Positions 1 through 7,026 of a stretch of 9,575 bases of DNA are shown here, in pieces. Under the pieces are notes generated by a model. It did no database searches and was not told the DNA's origin. It saw nothing but the letters and a program-made list of their open reading frames with translations. The translations under genes were made by a program, and so were the position numbers. This stretch comes from Octopus sinensis (lineage: Eukaryota). How positions within the stretch are numbered: position 1 is the stretch's first letter; every line of letters starts with the position of its first letter. The stretch is from contig NW_021827953.1 of NCBI RefSeq assembly GCF_006345805.1, forward strand, positions 1 through 9,575. The letters are read 5' to 3'.

Positions 1-1176
1 GTATCCCCATTAAAAAAGTTTAGTAGTGTGAGGTCTGGTGAACGCGGAGGGTATTCAACGAAACCCTTTCGTCCAATCCACCTGTTTGGCAAGATCTCAT
101 CAAGGAATGATCTAACATCGTTATGGTAATGTTGGGATATCCCATCTTACTGAAAATAAAACTCCTCATCTTCAAATTCTTCTCCAATGCTTGGCATGAC
201 AGACTGTTGCAACAAGTTCAGGTAAATGGGACTAGCCACAGTAGCGTCAAAAAAGAAAGGTCCAATTAATCCTCTTGATGATAAGCCACACCACACTGTA
301 ACTCCTGGTAAATTAACATGGTGGTCCACCATAACATGCGGATTCTCAGGTCCCCAGTAGGTGCAATTGTGGCGGTTAATTGAACCATTTAATATGAATG
401 TGGCCTCATAACTCCACACAATCTTTATTGGAAAGTGTGCATCTTCTACACGTCGTGCCAAGTACCACTCATAATGCTGCATTCTTCGATTTGGATCATC
501 GTCATTAATAGCATGGACTAATCTTGGAACGTAACTTTTCCATTGTCAACGCTTCAAAATGCTTGATGATAAGCCACACCACACTGTAACTCCTGGTAAA
601 TTAACATGGTGGTCCACCATAACATGCGGATTCTCAGGTCCCCAGTAGGTGCAATTGTGGCGGTTAATTGAACCATTTAATATGAATGTGGCCTCATAAC
701 TCCACACAATCTTTATTGGAAAGTGTGCATCTTCTACACGTCGTGCCAAGTACCACTCATAATGCTGCATTCTTCGATTTGGATCATCGTCATTAATAGC
801 ATGGACTAATCTTGGAACGTAACTTTTCCATTGTCAACGCTTCAAAATGCGTTGGACTGACGGTTTTGGAATACCTGCCTCACGACTCGCTTGAAGCACA
901 AATTTTCTTTGACTTTGGTGATACGTTTCCAGTACTCCTTCTTGCTTTGTTGTGGTTGTCGATGCTCGTGGTCTTCCGGATCGCTTCTCGTGGACATTCT
1001 GAACAGTTCCATCGGTTTCAAACTTATCTCTAATTCGAGTAATGGTAAGTCGCTTTTGGTGCATCTGCTTGAAACTCCATCCTAAACTATCTTTGCACTT
1101 CAACTGTGTTTTCACACTTCCAGTAGCATTTCAGAATGAATTTCTTTTGTTCAAAGCTTATTCTGACTGACGTCAT
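1..1176 (-). pseudogene. Degenerate Tc1/mariner-superfamily transposase, DD41D (rosa/Visitor-like) type; runs off the window start
   Basis: Manual minus-strand translation from ATG at 1176 gives MTSVRISFEQKKFILKCYWKCENTVEVQR*F (DUF4817-like N-terminal HTH). After a frameshift near 1055 it reads [99 protein letters not shown]. There are 41 residues between the second catalytic D (144-146) and the third catalytic position (18-20, now N). The first D is now Y (WSYEA). In-frame stops lie at 1087-1089, 834-836, 546-548 and 147-149. Confidence 0.92.
274..850. repeat. Perfect 288-bp tandem duplication inside the transposase pseudogene
   Basis: 274-561 and 562-849 read as identical by eye, with 1-nt junction microhomology (c). 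This explains the two ORFs that begin [11 protein letters not shown] (147..482 and 546..770). Confidence 0.95.
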
Positions 1177-1303
1177 TAATTCCAATGGATTTCATCTCGA
1201 AAGAAAAAAAACATCGATTGACTTATCAGCTGCTAAAGTGTCGAAACAACTGTTGTGATTAACAATAAATTCTTGTATATTCCATCTTCTATCTTTCATT
1301 TGC

Positions 1304-1317
1304 TATACATATATATG

Positions 1318-1389
<72 letters not shown>

Positions 1390-1565
1390 TGTATATATAT
1401 ATTATAATATATATATATATACACACCACATATATATATATATATATATATATATCATATATACATACATACATACATATACATACTTATACATTAATTA
1501 TATATATATACATAGATTAATATATATATATACATGGATTAATATGATATGTATGTAATATATAG

Positions 1566-1598
<33 letters not shown>

Positions 1599-1666
1599 TA
1601 CATACATACATACATATACATACTTATACATATATTTATATATATATACATAGATTAATATATATG

Positions 1667-1708
<42 letters not shown>

Positions 1709-1738
1709 CATATGCATATATTTGTGTGTGTGTGTGTA
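1304..1738. repeat. Compound (TA)n/(TACA)n/(TG)n microsatellite
   Basis: Direct reading; long TA runs interrupted by TACA blocks, ending in (TG)n at ~1723-1736. Confidence 0.97.
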
Positions 1739-2479
1739 CATGAAGCTGGTCATGCTCTCACACTGATTACTATAGAAACAGCCACACCTAAATAAAAAGA
1801 TTGGTCTCACCATTTGATTGTGATCATAGCAAATATAGGAATACCATTTCCAGTAAGAATGGTTACGTCATTGTTGTTTACCTTCCGTTCCAATTTTGAT
1901 CTATCAGGTCTACAACCTGATCTATTGATCTGCCCCTGTTTATAATCATTATAAGAATTCGGTCCACGACCATTTCATCCTTTTCCTATCTTCAGAGAAC
2001 GAAAACCTTCAGTATATTATGAAACGCGTTCTTTTTTCACAATAAGATGTTTTCTGAGGGCGATTTGACTGTTTACCCTTGCAGCTCTGGCTATCATGTA
2101 GAGGCTCCCTTGTTAGCTCTGAATGGTAATGTTATGTTCAATCAATTCCTGGGTTTAGAAATTCACTGCTGGATTTCCTTCCTGTGCATTGAAGCACGAT
2201 CCGTCGGTTGCTATTTAAAAAAAACATTTCTTGGATTAATTTTCCAATGACACATCACTATAGAACCGTCCTTTTGTTTCAGTTTGTTTGTTGAAGAACT
2301 CAAAACAGGAAATTATTACTGATTCTGTATTACCAATGAGTTGGGAGTCTACACTTTGTGACGTCACTGAGGTCACTGGGGTCACTGAATGAACCTTGGT
2401 TCCTTCTGGTGAAGATTATTCTTGTTGAAACTTCACACATTGTTTTCTACGACGACTCTAAATTCGCCGTATATTTCAC

Positions 2480-2643
2480 CAGCAAATTCGAGAAAGGGGC
2501 TATGTCAATTACATCAAACCCAGTGTTTCACTGGCACTTATTTTATCGACCCCCGAAGGAATGAAAAGCAAAGTCAACCTCGGCGGAATTTGAACACAGA
2601 ACGTAAAGACGGATGAAATGCCGCTAAGCAGTTTGCTCGGCAG
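2480..2643 (-). mobile_element. tRNA-derived SINE monomer (same family as the 3141-3925 array), 5' head truncated
   Basis: The reverse complement contains a B-box-like gttcaaattcc and gttgactttgcttttcattccttcgggggtcgataaaataagtgccag, matching the array units. The head stops at ~2643, where the next SINE begins. Confidence 0.85.
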
Positions 2644-2644
2644 T

Positions 2645-2916
2645 AGAGGCACATGGCCTAGTGGCTAGAGCAGCGGACTCGCGGTCGAGGGATCGCGGGT
2701 TCGAATCTCAGACCGGGCGATGTGTGTGTTAATGAGCGAAACACCTAAGCCCCACGCGGCTCCGGCAGAAGGTAATGGCAAACTTCCGCTGACTTTTTGG
2801 CCACAACTTTCTCTCACTCTTTTTTCCTGCATCTTGCTGTTCACCTGCGACGGACCGGCGTCCCGTCCAGGTGGGGAACCTCTGCGCCAAGGAAACCGGA
2901 AAACCGGCGCTTATGA
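2645..2916 (+). mobile_element. tRNA-derived SINE, 'ggaggcgc-head' family, copy A (tail X), 3'-truncated
   Basis: A-box-like tggcctagtgg and B-box ggttcgaatct. Head and core are shared with 4417-4725 and 5525-5913 up to ctttctctcactctt (2807-2821). The tail (cctgcgacggaccggcgtcccgtccag ... ggaaaccggaaaaccgg) is homologous to the tail of 7927-8185. Confidence 0.9.
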
Positions 2917-3021
2917 AACAATGAGAGACAAAATCGACCCTGGCGGAATTTGAATTCTGCCAGAGATGAAGTGAGGCTAAGCATTTTGCCTGATGCGGTA
3001 ACGATTCTGCCAGCTCGCCGG
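2917..3021 (-). mobile_element. Degenerate 5' head fragment of the array-type SINE
   Basis: The reverse complement gives gccggcgagctggcagaatcgtta...gcttagc...ttcaaattccgccagggtcga, homologous to the head at 3143-3240. Confidence 0.8.
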
Positions 3022-3140
3022 CTTCATACGGTAAGGAATATTGACATCCTTGTACATCCATGTAACTAATAACGATCCTTCGTACATCCATATTGTAACT
3101 AATATATACACGTTTATACATTCATATCTATCCATATCTA

Positions 3141-3925
3141 AAGTGGCCGGCTGGCAGAAACGTTAGCACGCCGGGCGAAATGCTTACTAGCATTTCGTCT
3201 GTCGTTACGTTCTGAGTTCAAATTCCTCCGAGGTCGACTTTGCCTTTCATCCATTCCGGGGTCGATAAATTAAGTACCAGTTACGCACTGGGGTCGATGT
3301 AATAGACTTAATCCCTTTGTCTGTCCTTGTTTGTCCCCTCTACGCTTAACCCCTTGTGGGTAGTAAAGAAATAGGTATTTCGTCTGCCGTTACGTTCTGA
3401 GTTCAAATTCTGTCGAGGTCTACTTTGCCTTTCATCCATTCCGGGGTCGATAAATTAAGTACCAGTTACGCACTGGGGTCGATGTAATCGATTTAATCCC
3501 GTGTCTGTCTTTGTTTGTCCCCTCTATGTTTAGTCCTTTGTGGGCAATAAAGAAATAAGAACCGTTAGCACACCGGACGAAATGCTTAGTGGCATTTCGT
3601 CTGCCGTTATGTTCTGAGTTCGAATTCTGCCGGGGTCGACTTTGCCTTTCATCCCTTCTGGGGTCGATGAATTAAGTACCAGTTACGCACCGGGGTCGAT
3701 ATAATCGACTTAATCCGTTTGTCTGTCCTTGTTTGTCCCCTATGTGTTTAGTCCCTTGTGGGGAGTAAAGAAATAGGTATTTCGTCTGTTCAAATTCCGG
3801 CGAGATCGACTTTGCCTTTCATCCTTTCAGGATCTGTAAATTTAGTACCAGCTGCATACTGGCGTCGATCTAATCGACTAGCCCCACCACCATAATTTCG
3901 GGCCTTGTGCCTAAAGTAGGAAAGA
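3141..3925 (+). mobile_element. Tetrameric (head-to-tail) tRNA-derived SINE with a single 17-bp target-site duplication
   Basis: The anchor atttcgtct recurs at 3192, 3377, 3594 and 3779. Each unit has gttc(a/g)aattc and a (t/g)actttgcctttcatcc...agtaccag core. The identical flank atatctatccatatcta occurs at 3124-3140 and 3926-3942. From memory, the core resembles the Meta-domain/Sauria-SINE central box; not verified. Confidence 0.92.
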
Positions 3926-4265
3926 ATATCTATCCATATCTATAATATAAAGATTGAAGAAGTACGGGTCTATGTCCAGTCATATTGCTTTGAAGAAATT
4001 ATAAATGAATATTAAAAAATATTAAACAATATAATTTATTAGTATATTATACATAAATTATAATGCTTAATATCACAAGATTCACGTCTGTTTTAAATGT
4101 TAACTTCCATTTGAATTACACATGTAAACAAGTAGCGTTTTATTCACGCTCAAAAAAATCTAATTTAGCGAACAAAAAAAAAAGTAAGTTATTTTTAACA
4201 GTATTACACTGTACAAAATAACAACAAGCCCTATCTATAGAATTAAGTTTTTAAAATGTGCTACA

Positions 4266-4322
4266 CTGCGGTCATGCTGGGGCATCACCTTGAGATTATT
4301 TAGTCAATGATATCATCTCCCA
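4266..4322 (-). mobile_element. Short old fragment of the CORE-like SINE 3' tail
   Basis: The reverse complement of 4266-4291 (aaggtgatgccccagcatgaccgcag) matches 5196-5221 (aaggcggtgccccagcatggccgcag) at 23/26 positions. Confidence 0.65.
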
Positions 4323-4384
4323 ACACAATTCTGAATATAAAAAATATTAACCCAGATAAATGAAAAGGGTCCATATTTGCTGAT

Positions 4385-4416
4385 TATATATATATATATA
4401 TAATATATATATATAT
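4385..4416. repeat. (TA)n microsatellite
   Basis: Direct reading. Confidence 0.95.
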
Positions 4417-4725
4417 CACCGTGATCACCGTGACCGACCAGGTTATCAGATGTTGCTACACATCGCTGGCCACAATGCGCTTTGCATTGTTTTAGCCTTC
4501 AAATGACGCCACCCCGCTGGCTAAGCGAGCAGGCCAACAAAAGAAAGAGTGAGAGAAAGGTGTGGCGAAAGAGTACAGCAGGGATCGCCACTACCCTATG
4601 CCGGAGCCTCGTGGAGCTTTAGGTGTTTTCGCTCAATAAACACTCACAACGCCCGGTCTGGAAATCGAAACAGCGATCCTACAACCGCGAGTCCGCTGCC
4701 CTAACCATTGGGCCATTGCGCCTCC
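4417..4725 (-). mobile_element. tRNA-derived SINE, 'ggaggcgc-head' family, copy B (tail Y)
   Basis: The reverse complement starts ggaggcgcaatggcccaatggttagggcagcggactcgcgg...gtttcgatttccagaccgggcg, nearly identical to the head at 5527. It ends in a short tandem tail (cacggtgatcacggtg) next to (TA)n. Confidence 0.92.
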
Positions 4726-4738
4726 ACACACACACACA

Positions 4739-4788
<50 letters not shown>

Positions 4789-4860
4789 GTATATGTATGT
4801 ATGTATGTATGTATGTGTATGTATGTATGTATGTATGTATGTATGTATGTATGCATGTAT
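4726..4860. repeat. (CA)n followed by (TATG)n microsatellite
   Basis: Direct reading. Confidence 0.97.
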
Positions 4861-5261
4861 AGGCGCAGGAGTGGCTGTGTAGTAAGTAGCTTGCTTACCA
4901 ACCACATGGTTCCGGGTTCAGTCCCACTGCGGGGCACCTTGGGCAAGTGTCTTCTGCTATAGCCCCGGGCCGACCAATGCCTTGTGAGTGGATTTGGTAG
5001 ACGGAAACTGAAAGAAGCCTGTCGTATATATGTGTGTGTATATGTTTGTGTGTCTGTGTTTGTCCCCCTAGCATTGCTTGACAACCGATGCTGGTGTGTT
5101 TACGTCCCCGTTACTTAGCGGTTCGGCAAAAGAGACCGATAGAATAAGTACTGGGGCTTACAAAGAATAAGTCCCGGGGTCGAGTTACTCGACTAAAGGC
5201 GGTGCCCCAGCATGGCCGCAGTCAAATGACTGAAACAAGTAAAAGAGAAAGAGAAAAGAGA
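4861..5261 (+). mobile_element. Full-length tRNA-derived CORE-like SINE with an internal microsatellite
   Basis: Head ggcgcaggagtggctgtgtagtaag...ccgggttcagtccc, then a CORE-like block (gcaccttgggcaagtgtctt), an internal (TA/TG)n stretch and an (aaagag)n tail. An 18-bp TSD with one mismatch flanks it: atgtatgtatg[c/a]atgtat at 4843-4860 and 5262-5279. Confidence 0.9.
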
Positions 5262-5316
5262 ATGTATGTATGAATGTATTCATACACATGTATATGTATC
5301 AATGTATGTATGAATG

Positions 5317-6148
5317 GGGGATAACGCAGATTGGCACCTCACCTTGAAAAATGCATTTTTCTGAAAAAGTTAATTCGGATTCCTAGGTTTTACATGTCAG
5401 AGATTACGAATATGCAAAAAAAAAAAAAAAAAAAAGATTCAAAATCCCCCCCCCCAAATTTTAAATGTATTGTTGTGTATTACATTGGGGAAATTTTATT
5501 AAAGCAGGTATGTAACGTGGAAAAGTGGAGGCGCAATGGCCCAGTGGTTAGGGCAGCGGACTCGCGGTCATAGGACCGCGGTTTCGAATCCCAGACCGGG
5601 CGTTGTGAGTGTATATTGAGCGAAAACACATAAAGCACCACGAGGCTCCGGCAGGGGATGGTGGTGATCCCTGCTGTACTCTTTCACCACAACTTTCTCT
5701 CACTCTTACTTCCTGTTTCTGTTGTACCTGTATTTCAAAGGGCCGGCCTTGTCACTCTCTGTGTCACGCTGAATATCCCCGAGAACTACGTTAAGGGTAC
5801 ACGTGTCTGTGGAGGGCTCAGCCACTTACACGTTAATTTCACGAGCAGGCTGTTCCGTTGATTCGGATCAACCGGAACCCTCGTCGTCGTAACCGACGGA
5901 GTGCTTCCAATCCAACGTGGAAAAATACGGAGATTTGAACAACAATATCAAAGCAATTTTAACAGTTGAACCAAAATGAAGAGAGAAAGTGCACTTTACA
6001 TATCTGCTTTAATAAAATTTCCACACTTCAATATACAACAATGCATCTAAAATTGGGTGTGTGCGTGGCAGGGGTAACATTTCAAAATTTTCTTTTATTT
6101 GAATATTCTTAATCTCCTCAAAGGGAGGTGCGAATCTGCATTAGCCGC
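5317..6148. mobile_element. Long-TIR MITE-like non-autonomous DNA transposon (~430 bp) interrupted by a SINE
   Basis: Inverted homology: 5489-5515 vs 5996-6022 match 26/27; gcagattggcacctcac (5326-5342) vs the reverse complement of 6123-6139 match 15/17; gagattacgaatatgcaaa has an inverted counterpart near 6097-6115. Superfamily and TSD not resolved. Confidence 0.75.
5525..5913 (+). mobile_element. Full-length tRNA-derived SINE, 'ggaggcgc-head' family, copy C (tail Z)
   Basis: A-box tggcccagtgg and B-box gtttcgaatccc. An 11-bp TSD aacgtggaaaa flanks it at 5514-5524 and 5914-5924. Confidence 0.93.
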
Positions 6149-6482
6149 TAAGTTTCTTTTTAATTGTTGGAAGGGGACACTAGAAACACTTTGGATGTCT
6201 ATAAGTGAATTTAATGAAACAAGAATGCAGCAAAACTCAACTCTTCATGCTGGTAAATGTAATTCATTAATTCCCAGCAGAGAATCTACTTTCAAATTCA
6301 CTCAAGTGAAGATTCATGAACATTTTCCCTTGACTGCCTCAACACTTTTCCAATTTCGTTTTATCGACTTTTTTAAAATGTATCACGGATTATTTTACTG
6401 ATTACAGAATAAACCACAACAGAGTCTTTTGGTCAATCTATGTACATATTGTTAATTTACATTATAATTTATGTATCATATC

Positions 6483-6488
<6 letters not shown>

Positions 6489-6514
<26 letters not shown>
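6489..6514. repeat. (TA)n microsatellite
   Basis: Direct reading. Confidence 0.95.
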
Positions 6515-6597
6515 GATTCAAATGAATATGGTACTTAACTTAGATGCACCAGAATTATTTTATGGTATTACCCATAAAATTATGTGGGGTTATTAAA

Positions 6598-6797
6598 ACC
6601 AAAAAATAAGCAACAAGAATGGATCAGTAGTTTAGTACAATTGTTTCATACTATAAACATTTTATTAAAGCTGCAAAAATTACAGCAAATATAATGTCAA
6701 GTAATCTTCAGCTAAATTTCATATAGGTTTTCCAAACATCTTAGAGAGTGTAAATATATTTACACTCTCTGATCCATTCTTGTTGCTTATTTTTGGT
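6598..6797. repeat. 200-bp foldback element: ~30-bp inverted repeats plus an internal perfect 28-bp palindrome
   Basis: accaaaaaataagcaacaagaatggatcag (6598-6627) is the inverse of ctgatccattcttgttgcttatttttggt (6769-6797) with one indel. The palindrome agagagtgtaaatatatttacactctct spans 6743-6770. Confidence 0.85.
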
Positions 6798-6959
6798 ATA
6801 TATATATATAAATTAGAAAAAAAGCACCTTTTATCAATTCAAAATGAACAATTAAATTACATTACAATTAAATTAAATTACACCATCTAAATTTGATTTA
6901 GTATTTCTAAATTGAATTTTTTCCTTGTAAGTTTGGATTTTATTCCATCAAATAATAAT

Positions 6960-6973
6960 TATATATATTATAT

Positions 6974-7006
<33 letters not shown>
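6960..7006. repeat. (TA)n microsatellite
   Basis: Direct reading. Confidence 0.95.
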
Positions 7007-7026
7007 GAATAGGTGCAATATATACG

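Noticed and set aside
1168-1175. Second TGACGTCA (CRE) motif
   Set aside because: It coincides with the transposase start codons (ATG ACG TCA), so a chance occurrence is sufficient.
1177-1310. Expected 5' TIR of the DD41D element
   Set aside because: No recognisable TA-flanked TIR, and the other end is outside the window, so it cannot be paired.
1289-1474. ORF 1289..1474 and ORFs 4623..5084 (YI/HT/CV-rich)
   Set aside because: These are translations of microsatellites and SINE sequence, not genes.
1960-2010. Minus-strand CTGAAGA...GAAA resembling a hammerhead ribozyme core
   Set aside because: The intervening taggaaaaggat cannot form stem II, and I found no convincing stems I or III.
1740-2340. 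Possible decayed coding sequence (minus-strand DEMVVDRILIMI, KDGSIVM)
   Set aside because: Only faint resemblance to gag or Tc1 motifs, with multiple stops and no colinear series. A tblastx search would be needed.
2358-3121. ORFs 2358..2564, 2422..2616, 2720..2953, 2729..3121 (also 5609..5861 and 7903..8151)
   Set aside because: They lie mostly within SINE copies and show no recognisable protein motifs.
3141-3925. Repeat array superficially like a CRISPR array
   Set aside because: Units are 185-217 bp and homologous along their length, with no unique spacers. They carry Pol III boxes and a TSD, and the context is eukaryotic with no cas genes.
3938-3960. a|tctataatataaag resembling a Helitron 5' end
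   Set aside because: AT-rich low-complexity motif overlapping a TSD, with no linked Helitron body or matching 3' end that I can demonstrate.
6390-6450. Possible small exon (ctgattacag acceptor ... gtacat donor)
   Set aside because: Weak donor and no protein similarity; cannot be supported without RNA-seq.
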